IMG/VR virus record: IMGVR_UViG_3300028392_000030
Coordinates: 64,001 to 128,000 of that record
Origin: a virus
Length of the DNA: 64,000 nucleotides
Strand: one strand, 5' to 3'
This document shows, piece by piece, positions 37,130 through 46,420 of this stretch. Numbering within the stretch: the first letter of the stretch is position 1; each line of letters starts with the position of its first letter. A model generated the notes under the pieces. It was not told where the DNA came from, did not search any database, and saw only the letters and a list, made by a program, of their open reading frames with translations. Made by a program: the position numbers and the translations under genes.

Positions 37130-37725
37130 ATTATTTCCCTTAGACGAGATAATACTTCATCGTATGCTGTAATTTTAGGAAAGCGATCAATATCAGATCC
37201 ACTTAAATCTGGTTCAATTTTTTCGTAAGACAAGGTAGTGTCAAAATATTCTTTGCAGTCATTCCACACAGCCAGAGTTTCGCGCACAGTTTGAACAAAT
37301 GGTAATAATTGCCCATTGGTCAACTGCAACGCAAAATCACGGCTGGCGAATACAGAATCGGCATTTCTATCCTGCTGCCATTTTCCTAAACGATACGATA
37401 TAGCGTAACTCAATGCTTGAGCCGCAATATCTTCTCGATACAATCCAATTATATAAGAGTTATTAAACAAAGAATCCCATTGGTCTTCTGGAGGCATATG
37501 ATTTGGCATAATTTTTACTATGCTCTGCTGAGCAGAATCATATACATGCGGCCTTGACGAGTGATTGTAATGAAACACTTCTCCTAAAAAAGGCAATCCA
37601 GTAATTTTACTCAACAGGTTTCCAAAGGCGGTGCTGCCAGTTCGGTAATTGGCCATTAACACTATACTCCAGTTGCCTGGAATTTCAAACTCGTGGTTGG
37701 TAAGTGTTATCTTAAAGTCGTTCAT
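37126..37725 (-). CDS. sulfotransferase-like (Stf0-like) P-loop protein
   Basis: YRTGST (5'-PSB-like), R-E-D...AQALS (3'-PB-like), LSYEKI. Confidence 0.55.
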   Translation of the reverse strand: MNDFKITLTNHEFEIPGNWSIVLMANYRTGSTAFGNLLSKITGLPFLGEVFHYNHSSRPHVYDSAQQSIVKIMPNHMPPEDQWDSLFNNSYIIGLYREDIAAQALSYAISYRLGKWQQDRNADSVFASRDFALQLTNGQLLPFVQTVRETLAVWNDCKEYFDTTLSYEKIEPDLSGSDIDRFPKITAYDEVLSRLREII

Positions 37726-38906
37726 TTGATATATTGATTGATAAATTTGTGGAACTGATTGGGTAACTCTCTAGGAACTTGGTGCCGCATTTCGGTATAC
37801 AATGCTTGGTTGTATTTACATACATTATAACACTCTTTGTAGAAACTTGCAAGGTCTTGTTGACACAAGTCTTCAACCACTTTGGCTATACGTTCAATTC
37901 GATCTTGACTACTATCTATTAGATCAAACGATTCGTCTACCACATGACCAAATGTTCGAAATCCTAGATTCTGTATATCTCGATAAAAACCACGATTGGC
38001 CACAGCTATAAATGGATGTCCTACAGCAATGGGTTTCCAAATCTTTTCTGTTCTAAAACTGTATGGGTAATTGAACACTGTTTCGGTTACCAGACTAAAG
38101 TAAGTATCTCTATATGCCGAGCCATCAACTACAGCATCGCCCCAAGTATTGTTAAACAAGTTAAATTTAACAGTACCAGCAGAGGGCAAATGATCTATGT
38201 TGTTTCTAAATGCAGGTGTTTCATACTGTTTGGGTAACAAGTGTAGATCAATTGGCCGTTCCATGCGATCTGTACCATCTTGGTCAAACGTCAATTTGAT
38301 CACGTTCATGTTGTTAAAATTCTGCCAACGTGCCTGCGGCAAAGTTGTTACTAATCTAAGATCAGTGTCAAGGTTTGTCCATAGACTTTGGTCTAACAAG
38401 TTGTTTACTTGGAATCTTTCCAACAGATATTTTCTATGGCTACGCATACGGCCATTTAGAAACAAGAACTTGTATGGCTTATTGGTAATTGCAAAATATT
38501 CATCTATACGGTTGCCTGCCTCAACATTTTCGTCAAAGTCAAATATCTTAGGTAAAAAATATTCATAACTCATGTAGGGCCATTTTTCAGGATCCATGGC
38601 GCCGCCACCGATTAACAGTATTCGACCTTCTTCAATCAGATTGATTAGTCCTTTGACAAAGCACCAAGTGACCAGTGTTTCACTTCCTTCTGCAGCATTG
38701 TCTAATATCACTGTCACTTGTCCTGTGCGAGCTAGCTCTTGTATTTCATAATTATAGTTATTGACCTGTTCTCTGCACATGACATACACAGCACCTGGAA
38801 CTATTTTATGTTGCTTGATATCCCAAAACTCACCGTCGGCCCAAGGTAATAATTCTCTATATACTTCGCTGTGTGTGTCTAATATAAGTTTATGATTTCC
38901 TAGCAT
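37722..38906 (-). CDS. glycosyltransferase-like protein (ET...TEKxxKP family)
   Basis: FSLVTET...RTEKIWKP...HPFI...GFRTFGHVVDESFD. Confidence 0.55.
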   Translation of the reverse strand: MLGNHKLILDTHSEVYRELLPWADGEFWDIKQHKIVPGAVYVMCREQVNNYNYEIQELARTGQVTVILDNAAEGSETLVTWCFVKGLINLIEEGRILLIGGGAMDPEKWPYMSYEYFLPKIFDFDENVEAGNRIDEYFAITNKPYKFLFLNGRMRSHRKYLLERFQVNNLLDQSLWTNLDTDLRLVTTLPQARWQNFNNMNVIKLTFDQDGTDRMERPIDLHLLPKQYETPAFRNNIDHLPSAGTVKFNLFNNTWGDAVVDGSAYRDTYFSLVTETVFNYPYSFRTEKIWKPIAVGHPFIAVANRGFYRDIQNLGFRTFGHVVDESFDLIDSSQDRIERIAKVVEDLCQQDLASFYKECYNVCKYNQALYTEMRHQVPRELPNQFHKFINQYIK

Positions 38907-39830
38907 TTATAATTGTTCTTTGAAATAATTAATGGTTTTGAGTAGCCCTTGGTCGAGATCAATCTCTGGGCGCCAACCCAATAAAGTGTTGGCTAAATTA
39001 ATGTCTGGCCGGCGTTGTTTAGGATCATCTGCGATAGGCGGCAAATGTATTATGCTACTCAAGGATTCTGTTAACTTGATTATTTTTTTAGCCATATCAA
39101 TCATTGTGTATTCACTAGGGTTGCCAATATTGACCGGACCTATTTCTCCTGAGTTCATTAGAGCTATTAGTCCTCTCACAGTGTCAGACACATAGCAAAA
39201 TGAACGAGTTTGCAATCCTTTGCCATAAACAGTTAAGTCCTGATTGGTCAATGCTTGCATAATAAAATTACTAATTACTCGGCCATCATTCTTTGACAAG
39301 TGTGGACCAAATGTATTGAATATCCTAGCAATTTTAATATCAACGTGGTGTTCTTTGTGATAGTTTATAAAAAGACTTTCAGCACAACGTTTGCCCTCGT
39401 CATAACAGCTCCTTATTCCTAAAGGATTTACATTTCCCCAATAATCCTCTGTTTGGGGCGATACCAGTGGATCTCCATAAACTTCGGAGGTGCTGGTTTG
39501 TAATATGCGAGCTCCGGTGTTGTGTGCCAATTTTAACATATTAATTGCACCTAACACACACGTCTGGATTGTATTAACTGGATCTTTTTGATACCACTTT
39601 GGGCTTGCCGGGCAGGCCAAATTATAAATTTGATCTACAGCAAGTGTTATGGGTTCTTTTACATCGTGTTTAATGAAATCAAATCTAGGATGGTCGCGCA
39701 GTAATTTAATATTGTCAAGACTGCTTGATAGTAAATTATCTAAACAATAAACAGTATGGTCCATTGCTAATAGTTCACGGCATAAATGACTTCCAATAAA
39801 CCCGCTACCACCAGTAACTAATATTTTCAT
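38907..39830 (-). CDS. UDP-glucuronate decarboxylase (UXS/ArnA-DH-like SDR)
   Basis: ILVTGGSGFIGSHL, YNLACPASP, TSTSEVYGDP, RSCYDEGKR, ARIFNTFGP, TRSFCYVSD, DDPKQRRPDI. Confidence 0.85.
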   Translation of the reverse strand: MKILVTGGSGFIGSHLCRELLAMDHTVYCLDNLLSSSLDNIKLLRDHPRFDFIKHDVKEPITLAVDQIYNLACPASPKWYQKDPVNTIQTCVLGAINMLKLAHNTGARILQTSTSEVYGDPLVSPQTEDYWGNVNPLGIRSCYDEGKRCAESLFINYHKEHHVDIKIARIFNTFGPHLSKNDGRVISNFIMQALTNQDLTVYGKGLQTRSFCYVSDTVRGLIALMNSGEIGPVNIGNPSEYTMIDMAKKIIKLTESLSSIIHLPPIADDPKQRRPDINLANTLLGWRPEIDLDQGLLKTINYFKEQL

Positions 39831-41239
39831 TGCTGGCTCCAATAGCGACATTCTGCCCACCAAGCTGTCATCTCAGGAAATGTCTTTAAAAAATCAGTTC
39901 CGTGTCTACGATCCGCTTCAGCAAAGAAGCGATAAAAGTCTGCTTTGTTACGATTGATATGTGCAGGATCCAACCGTTGCCCGTCGCGCATCCATGCAAT
40001 GTCTCTATCCAGTCTGGCAATTTCATAATCCTTAAAACCTTGAAATCTTGTCTCTTCTGTTTCAATGTTCTTCATCATGAATGCCCAGACCAGTTCGAGT
40101 TGGTCTACATAACTTTCTGGCAATAGTTGTAGGCTTTGCCATGTGGGTTGACGCAATACCGGAGTATCAAACCATATGCGTTGATATGTCGTGCTGTAGA
40201 TTTTTCTAAGTCCCAAGATACCACTGAACAGTTTGCCTAGCCCTGTTACACTGAGATTATTCATGGTAACAATAAAGGTAATTGAATTACGTCCAGGAAT
40301 ATCTGTTAGAAATTGATTAACACGATCCCACAGTAAACCAAAATCTAACCCATGTCTGATGTATTCAGCCTGTTCCATCCACGAATCTAAACTAACAAAT
40401 TGCATGAAGTGTTCAATCTTTTCGCCTTCACATAATTCTTTAACATAGCCCTTATACTTCTGCCAACTTTTTTCATCTACACTGAAGTTTGACGTTACAT
40501 TTAGATGTAAGTCGGGTTTGGGATTGGCCAACACATAGTCAAATACACGATAGGTGTTCTTGTCTAACAAGGGCTCACCGCCGGTCATGCGGAAGTGTTG
40601 TAGTTCTAGATACAGGGTTGGCCACCACTCCCAGAAAGCATCTACATAAGGGTTGTCTTCACGAACTGGTATAGGCCTATTACGGCCAACAAAATGACTA
40701 GGATCGTTATGAGGAGATGAGGTAGGGTAAGCTCCAAATCTCTCGGTTTCCGCTTGCCAACTGCTACTAAATTGCGGACTACAGTAGGAACACACAAGAT
40801 TACAAGCGTGATTAAAATTAACTTCAACATAGCTAGGAATAACATCTTCATCTCCATTTGAATTTACTACAACATCAAAGTCTTTGGCGGCCCAAGGTTC
40901 GCCCGAACGATAGTGACGGTCGCTTAACTTATTATTGTCTTCCATGGTCCAGCAATAGCTACACTCGCTAGGACGTTCTTGCTTTAACATAATCTTACGT
41001 TGTTCTTTCTTGTAAGGAGTATTATGTAATGCTGACGGATTGTCCGTTAATAGTTCTGCTGGTATTGCATGTAAGGGCGGATGGTAACAACTGTTGTTCA
41101 GTCCTGTAGGCAAGTGTAGACTAACTTGTTTCCACTTGGCCAAGCAAAGTGCAGTACCAAGATTTGCCTTCATGAACTCTGCATCGCCTAGGAACTTTGA
41201 TTTAAAGTCGATTGCAACTTCATCGCCTTTGTTATTCAT
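39827..41239 (-). CDS. radical SAM protein with N-terminal auxiliary Cys domain
   Basis: CNLVCSYC, MTGGEP, VTSN, YIRHG; upstream CLAKW...SCYHP...CSYC; closest to 35040-36371. Confidence 0.9.
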   Translation of the reverse strand: MNNKGDEVAIDFKSKFLGDAEFMKANLGTALCLAKWKQVSLHLPTGLNNSCYHPPLHAIPAELLTDNPSALHNTPYKKEQRKIMLKQERPSECSYCWTMEDNNKLSDRHYRSGEPWAAKDFDVVVNSNGDEDVIPSYVEVNFNHACNLVCSYCSPQFSSSWQAETERFGAYPTSSPHNDPSHFVGRNRPIPVREDNPYVDAFWEWWPTLYLELQHFRMTGGEPLLDKNTYRVFDYVLANPKPDLHLNVTSNFSVDEKSWQKYKGYVKELCEGEKIEHFMQFVSLDSWMEQAEYIRHGLDFGLLWDRVNQFLTDIPGRNSITFIVTMNNLSVTGLGKLFSGILGLRKIYSTTYQRIWFDTPVLRQPTWQSLQLLPESYVDQLELVWAFMMKNIETEETRFQGFKDYEIARLDRDIAWMRDGQRLDPAHINRNKADFYRFFAEADRRHGTDFLKTFPEMTAWWAECRYWSQQ

Positions 41240-42332
41240 ATTCGTGATTTCGTAAAATGTTGTCAATGGCAAAAGATTTAAACGGCAATAATTTAAATAA
41301 TTTTTCGCCTCGTAAATTATCCAACAGCAATATGTGTGCAATGGTCTGTTGAAACAAAACTTGATTAATATTGTTGCTAATCAAATTTCTGATGTGCAAT
41401 ATTGTATTATTGTCAATGTTATGATTGTGTTCAAGTTGATCAACTTTATCCAAGGCCAATGATTTCAATGATTCAGGTATTACATCCAACGCCAGATAAT
41501 CTGGCCCTGTCAGTATAATCAAATTGATAGAGATATTATTTAATTTGGCATAATCGTACAAGTCGTTGATAAACCAAATATTTAAAATACTTAATACCGG
41601 ACTGAGAGTAACGTTAATATTTGAGTCGTGTGTGATTGTCAATAACTTTTGTAAATTTGAGTTTATTTTCTCCCAATTGGTTCCAGATCGAATATATTCC
41701 AATGGCTCGCCAACAGCATCTATACTGCACTGTATATTAACTTGTTTAAATTTTTTCCAGAGATCAATGATATTTTTATCTTTATATTTTATTGTAGTTA
41801 GATTGGTGTTATACATTAGTTCTATCTTGCTGGCTTGTCCGCTGTCAACCAGTTCGTCGAGCAATGCCCAGTGTTCGCTATTGATCAATGGTTCGCCGCC
41901 GGTAAAATACATCCATTGCAAGGAGCCAGTGAATAGTATGTCTTTGTAATTGGCCAGATCTTGATTTTCTATAATAGGAAATCTACCAAGCTCTTCAGCC
42001 CATTGGCTGCTAAAATGTGGCCCGCAATACCTACATTTTAAATTGCAAAGATTGGTATTCCTAATGTCAACAAATTGTAAGCCCGGAGCTGCTGTTACTT
42101 TTTTATTAAATCCATTTCTATAGCTGGATAATCCATGGTATTCTGCCACTGCACATTTATTACACGGGTGGTCTGGTGGGCAGTCTTGAGTTTTTAAATC
42201 TACGAATCTGTTTGGATTTGATAATTCAGATATGGGCTTGGAGTAACTGCTGTCAATTTGACAACAAGGACCAATTTTCCCATTGGGGAAAACGGTTACT
42301 CCGTGATCAATTGCCGCACAAGTCCAGGTCAC
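41232..42332 (-). CDS. radical SAM protein with N-terminal auxiliary Cys domain, AT-rich
   Basis: CNLKCRYC, FTGGEP, YNTN, CSIDA, YIRSG; upstream CAAI...PCC...CNKC. Confidence 0.9.
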   Translation of the reverse strand: MTWTCAAIDHGVTVFPNGKIGPCCQIDSSYSKPISELSNPNRFVDLKTQDCPPDHPCNKCAVAEYHGLSSYRNGFNKKVTAAPGLQFVDIRNTNLCNLKCRYCGPHFSSQWAEELGRFPIIENQDLANYKDILFTGSLQWMYFTGGEPLINSEHWALLDELVDSGQASKIELMYNTNLTTIKYKDKNIIDLWKKFKQVNIQCSIDAVGEPLEYIRSGTNWEKINSNLQKLLTITHDSNINVTLSPVLSILNIWFINDLYDYAKLNNISINLIILTGPDYLALDVIPESLKSLALDKVDQLEHNHNIDNNTILHIRNLISNNINQVLFQQTIAHILLLDNLRGEKLFKLLPFKSFAIDNILRNHEYE

Positions 42333-43009
42333 GACACAAACTCACTTGCCAAGTCGACAATAGGAGCATTCGGACCAACGTCGTTGAACATGTTCCAGGC
42401 AAACTCAAAGTTGGCATTTTTAATATAAAAGTTTTGCATGTGTTTTTGATAATGAATTGTATACACTTCTTTAGCTTCTTGTAAAAATTTTATTTTTAGA
42501 TAATCTTCGATTAATTTAAAATTGTCAATTACAGACTTAAAATCTAAACACAATACATTACAGTGCTGATTATTTCTACCAGACTCAGTATAATAGTTTA
42601 GGTTATAATCAATCCAATCCCATGCCGATAAAATACTAGCAATTGAAATTTCTGTTGTGTTTGTATTATTTACTAACCATTGTCTTTGTATTCCATAATA
42701 TTCATCGGCAGGATTACAATCTAACATGATACATTGACTATCAGGAAATTTATATGAGATTAATTCCGAGTTTAAACAATGCAATTGTATAATGTCGCTT
42801 GGCGTTATTTCTTTTGTGAACTTAATGGGATTATTTTTAGTTATTGTGCAATCGATACTCTCCAGTGGCCAATTGACCACATGAAACGTATTGTTTTTTG
42901 GCAATTTGACACGACCGGTCCTCGACGACTCAATCGCTGACGCTAAAGCGTTTCCGAATGTTCCTCCGAGATAAGATAATACAATACTTCCAGGAAAACT
43001 GTAAAACAT
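42329..43009 (-). CDS. hypothetical protein, AT-rich, N-terminal Gly-rich loop (YLGGTFG)
   Basis: TAATG overlap at 43009; loosely like 3630-4313. Confidence 0.65.
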   Translation of the reverse strand: MFYSFPGSIVLSYLGGTFGNALASAIESSRTGRVKLPKNNTFHVVNWPLESIDCTITKNNPIKFTKEITPSDIIQLHCLNSELISYKFPDSQCIMLDCNPADEYYGIQRQWLVNNTNTTEISIASILSAWDWIDYNLNYYTESGRNNQHCNVLCLDFKSVIDNFKLIEDYLKIKFLQEAKEVYTIHYQKHMQNFYIKNANFEFAWNMFNDVGPNAPIVDLASEFVS

Positions 43010-43941
43010 TACCAACCTTCTTGCTGTCTGATTACATCCATTTCGCGGGTCATGACTCCGCGATTGTGCCAGTTACTACGATAGTGTTGTTTGAAAAATG
43101 CACTTTCGTTTTCTTGCATCATATTAACGGGCAGGTCTAATTGTGCGATCAGGTCTTCTGCAACACGGCCGGCTAACAGCTCTGGATCTGAATCTTTTAC
43201 TGTGTTCCAGAGTTGTTCTAGTTCAGCAAAGTCTTGCACCACACGATGATCCCATGTGGGAGTAATCATGGTCATGTAGGTGCCCATACGGCTGCCGGCT
43301 ATGGCCCAGATACCGTGTTCAACATCGCGGCCAACGTTATGCCATATGGTCAAGTGATCAAGGTTGCGTTGATGCACACGGTCACGGAATTCACTCACAG
43401 TGGGTCTAGTGCCACGATTCAAACACATCTTGACTCCTTCTCGGAATCCGGCACGCCAGGCATGGAATGCTGACCCATTGGGGTATGTGGTTGAATAGCA
43501 GTCATACATGGGCCAATATAAGGGATCAAAACAAAACTCCACTTCGGTTTCTGCTGAGCCGTTGGTGGCTTCGTGCGTTTTCATATTGTTTACAAATGCA
43601 CGAGTCCAGCTACTAAGTCCTCCGTTGCCATACATCAAGCCATTGACATGATTACGTGCTCGCCAGCGGAATACGGCATTTTCCCATTCACTGTCAGGAA
43701 ACTGCATTGTGAGGTTAAAGAATTTTGCATCTGGCATATTGTCGCCGTCGATTAGGATAAAGCGTTCAGTGTCACTGGCAGCAGCTGCGGCCTTGTGTGC
43801 GGCGTCCGACCCTTTAACTCCGTCTACTCGTTTGGCCCAAGGAATCATATTGCGTATCTTTACCCAAAATTCTTCCTTTTGCGGTTCGTCATATGTCAAG
43901 TAAATGCAGTCTAAATCTGCTATATCAATTTGTTTGGTCAT
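43009..43941 (-). CDS. glycosyltransferase-like (GT-A-like, DxD) protein
   Basis: DCIYLTYDEP, GVKGSDAAHKAAA, FILIDGDN, AWRAGFREG. Confidence 0.55.
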   Translation of the reverse strand: MTKQIDIADLDCIYLTYDEPQKEEFWVKIRNMIPWAKRVDGVKGSDAAHKAAAAASDTERFILIDGDNMPDAKFFNLTMQFPDSEWENAVFRWRARNHVNGLMYGNGGLSSWTRAFVNNMKTHEATNGSAETEVEFCFDPLYWPMYDCYSTTYPNGSAFHAWRAGFREGVKMCLNRGTRPTVSEFRDRVHQRNLDHLTIWHNVGRDVEHGIWAIAGSRMGTYMTMITPTWDHRVVQDFAELEQLWNTVKDSDPELLAGRVAEDLIAQLDLPVNMMQENESAFFKQHYRSNWHNRGVMTREMDVIRQQEGW

Positions 43942-44296
43942 GTGGTGGGTCCTGATGTTTTAAACTCCATTTGGTGTGCGGCTGATCCGTGTCCACTACT
44001 ACACAAACATTCCTAGGATCGCAGGCCTGTCCGTATCCCACAGGCACTATTTTTTTGGCAAAATTGGTTTGATATACTACCAATTTTCCATTCAATACTC
44101 TGATGTGTTTAGGACTGTTAAGGTATGTTTCTTGATCAACAACTATGTAATTACCAGGCAACTGCTCCATACTGAAAAATAACGGAAATCCGTTTTCATC
44201 ATAGTATAATCGATACTCCGGAGCACCGTGAACAGCAGACACTTGGCTTTGCCATATACTGAAAAATTCCTCTTCAGTCATTGGGGTTGTCATCAT
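43925..44296 (-). CDS. hypothetical phage protein
   Basis: YRLYYDENG motif; in the coupled operon. Confidence 0.7.
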   Translation of the reverse strand: MMTTPMTEEEFFSIWQSQVSAVHGAPEYRLYYDENGFPLFFSMEQLPGNYIVVDQETYLNSPKHIRVLNGKLVVYQTNFAKKIVPVGYGQACDPRNVCVVVDTDQPHTKWSLKHQDPPHDQTN

Positions 44297-44549
44297 CGAC
44301 CTTTTGATTGTTACGTTTTTCTTGAATAGTTAACTTATCTTTATGTGTCTTACGAGGGTTTCCACATAGGTAACATTCAGGATTACCACAATCCATTGCG
44401 TGATGTTTGGCCAGACGGTGTGGTTCTGCTACTATAGGATCGTTTTTTGTGAGTCCGTGTGCCTTGGCTATTTTAATTTGTTTTTTTATAGCGTTTTCAT
44501 CTTTTAATAACCGTTTGCTATGTTTGATTTTATCTTCGTCTCGGCTCAT
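44274..44549 (-). CDS. small basic Cys/His protein
   Basis: HHAMDCGNPECYLCGNPRK; GGAGG SD and ATGA overlap at 44549. Confidence 0.75.
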   Translation of the reverse strand: MSRDEDKIKHSKRLLKDENAIKKQIKIAKAHGLTKNDPIVAEPHRLAKHHAMDCGNPECYLCGNPRKTHKDKLTIQEKRNNQKVDDDNPND

Positions 44550-45319
44550 GCTATCCTCCAATCCTTAATGTAATAATGGACAAATCCTGATTGTGCTACA
44601 GTATGTATCCTAAGCCCTGGATCAGTTGCTTCCCAAACTAGTTCTTGAGTCCAATCTTCTGTTAGAGTAGGTATAATATATCTTTTCATATGAGTAATCA
44701 TGGGGCCCATTCCTTTGGGTAGCGTAACGTTTTCTACGCCAATGATCGTTGCAGCCATGGCATAGACCACATCTGTTGTTGCCTGCTCGTCTGGAAATTT
44801 TAGTAAGGTTTTAAACAGATTCCAATTTTCAAATATGTTTCTTACTAAATCAAAAAACTCTTTGGCACGGGCACTGAGTCTCCAATATGTAACAGCGTTA
44901 TACACATCTGGTAAAGCATTGACATCAAATAGTTTACGATAGGTTCTATTATCACTGGGCTGATTGGTTAAATCTTTACATCCTTGACTAATCACAACAT
45001 CACGTTTTTCAAACAAGGTCCACCAATGGTCTATAGGCGTGGCCACCAACATATCAGCTTCTAATTTAATAGTTTGCCTATATGGACTAGCGGCAAAACA
45101 TTGCCAGTCGTTGGCAAAGCCACCTAGGTCACCATGTGGCAAAGGAACTACATGATCAAACACTGGATCGTCGCATCGCTTGACTGTAATCACAGCAATA
45201 TTGGCATCAGGATGCCACTGGCGAATTGACCCGGCAAGTTGTCGAGCACAAGCCAAATAGTCCACTGATTCTGTATCAATGGCCGGTATCAGATAACCGC
45301 GTTCAGCAAGGATTGGCAA
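44546..45319 (-). CDS. nucleotide-diphospho-sugar transferase-like (GT-A) protein
   Basis: RGYLI, SPYRQTIKLEADM, YNAVTYW, TDVVYAMA; paralog of 45303-46112. Confidence 0.55.
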   Translation of the reverse strand: MPILAERGYLIPAIDTESVDYLACARQLAGSIRQWHPDANIAVITVKRCDDPVFDHVVPLPHGDLGGFANDWQCFAASPYRQTIKLEADMLVATPIDHWWTLFEKRDVVISQGCKDLTNQPSDNRTYRKLFDVNALPDVYNAVTYWRLSARAKEFFDLVRNIFENWNLFKTLLKFPDEQATTDVVYAMAATIIGVENVTLPKGMGPMITHMKRYIIPTLTEDWTQELVWEATDPGLRIHTVAQSGFVHYYIKDWRIA

Positions 45320-46112
45320 CTATTGCTCCTAATGCTTGTTTGCCCATGGCATGAAAGTCTTGCTGTTTTAACACAATCCATCTAGGTTTATCGTCGCCAG
45401 TGATATATTGTATTTTATATGTGTCTGGTCCAAGCTGAGTCAACGTAGCGTTGGCCGTAATACTGGCCAAATTCCATGGAATAGATGGTGTGCTTAATGT
45501 ATGACCGTCAACAATATTCATAGCAATACTTAATGCAAAATCATTACGGAATGTATTTTCACTCACACTGTATAATTGTCTGTAATGTGTCCAATTATCT
45601 CTAATCATTTGCATGGTATCAAATATCATTTGGGCTTTTTTACTTCGACGAAAACACATGACTGTGGCCCAACTCATTGGCATCTTGTATGTGCCAAACC
45701 AATTGTTATCGTGAAACGCAGTAAACCCAGTGACATCATATGCTATACGATGTGCAATAAAATCTTGATTAATATCAAATAATCTTTTTAACTGATCGGA
45801 TGCAACAACAAAGTCAGCGTCTAGCACCAATGTATGATCCCATGGGCTTAGGTCATGCACACTGGATCTATTTGTATTATGCCAAGTGGCACTGACTTTA
45901 TAATCGTAAAAATATCTATGTTGCTGTGTCAGTTGAGGTTCGGTTAAAACAACCTGGTCAAAATCAGCGGTGCGGGCAGTATCTGTTACGTCGGTAATTA
46001 CGCAAACTGGCAAATCTAAATGCCTGCGAATATTACTAGCTGACCAAGCGGCCATGGCCAGATAATCAATCCGCTCATTATTAAACGCAAATATTGTTAC
46101 ACCACGAGTCAT
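45303..46112 (-). CDS. nucleotide-diphospho-sugar transferase-like (GT-A) protein
   Basis: RGVTI, SPWDHTLVLDADF (DxD), WATVMCF, RNDFALSIA. Confidence 0.6.
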   Translation of the reverse strand: MTRGVTIFAFNNERIDYLAMAAWSASNIRRHLDLPVCVITDVTDTARTADFDQVVLTEPQLTQQHRYFYDYKVSATWHNTNRSSVHDLSPWDHTLVLDADFVVASDQLKRLFDINQDFIAHRIAYDVTGFTAFHDNNWFGTYKMPMSWATVMCFRRSKKAQMIFDTMQMIRDNWTHYRQLYSVSENTFRNDFALSIAMNIVDGHTLSTPSIPWNLASITANATLTQLGPDTYKIQYITGDDKPRWIVLKQQDFHAMGKQALGAIVANPC

Positions 46113-46414
46113 CTTTTTTGATTCAACTCTTCATATTCTACTAACCAAGCATTCATCTGTTCTTGCCAGCGTTGTTGACTTAATGTCATTAGTTCTCTAG
46201 TATCAACTTTAACAGGGGTTTCATATAAGTCTAGCAATACTGCTTCTATGCCAGGGCAGGTCAATAATGTATTTTGTAATTCTGGTCCTGCTCGCCACAT
46301 GCCACCAGCATAAGTAAAAGTTAATTTGGCTTGATATTTTTCTTTGAGGGTAATGCGAGCTTGGTGATGGTCAAAGCGAGCACGGCTGTGGGAAATAAGT
46401 TCATCGGTATTCAT
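46109..46414 (-). CDS. hypothetical phage protein, first gene of the ~18.7 kb minus-strand operon
   Basis: ORF track; ATG 6 nt after a TATAAT box. Confidence 0.75.
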   Translation of the reverse strand: MNTDELISHSRARFDHHQARITLKEKYQAKLTFTYAGGMWRAGPELQNTLLTCPGIEAVLLDLYETPVKVDTRELMTLSQQRWQEQMNAWLVEYEELNQKR

Positions 46415-46420
46415 AGATTT

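Noticed and set aside
19496-38906. Bacterial aminoglycoside or saxitoxin-type secondary-metabolite cluster (amidino-, carbamoyl- and sulfotransferase together)
   Set aside because: No PKS/NRPS, cyclitol synthase, exporter, resistance gene or regulator. The context is phage (thyX, MoxR/vWA, tail genes), so the similarity is in enzyme families only.
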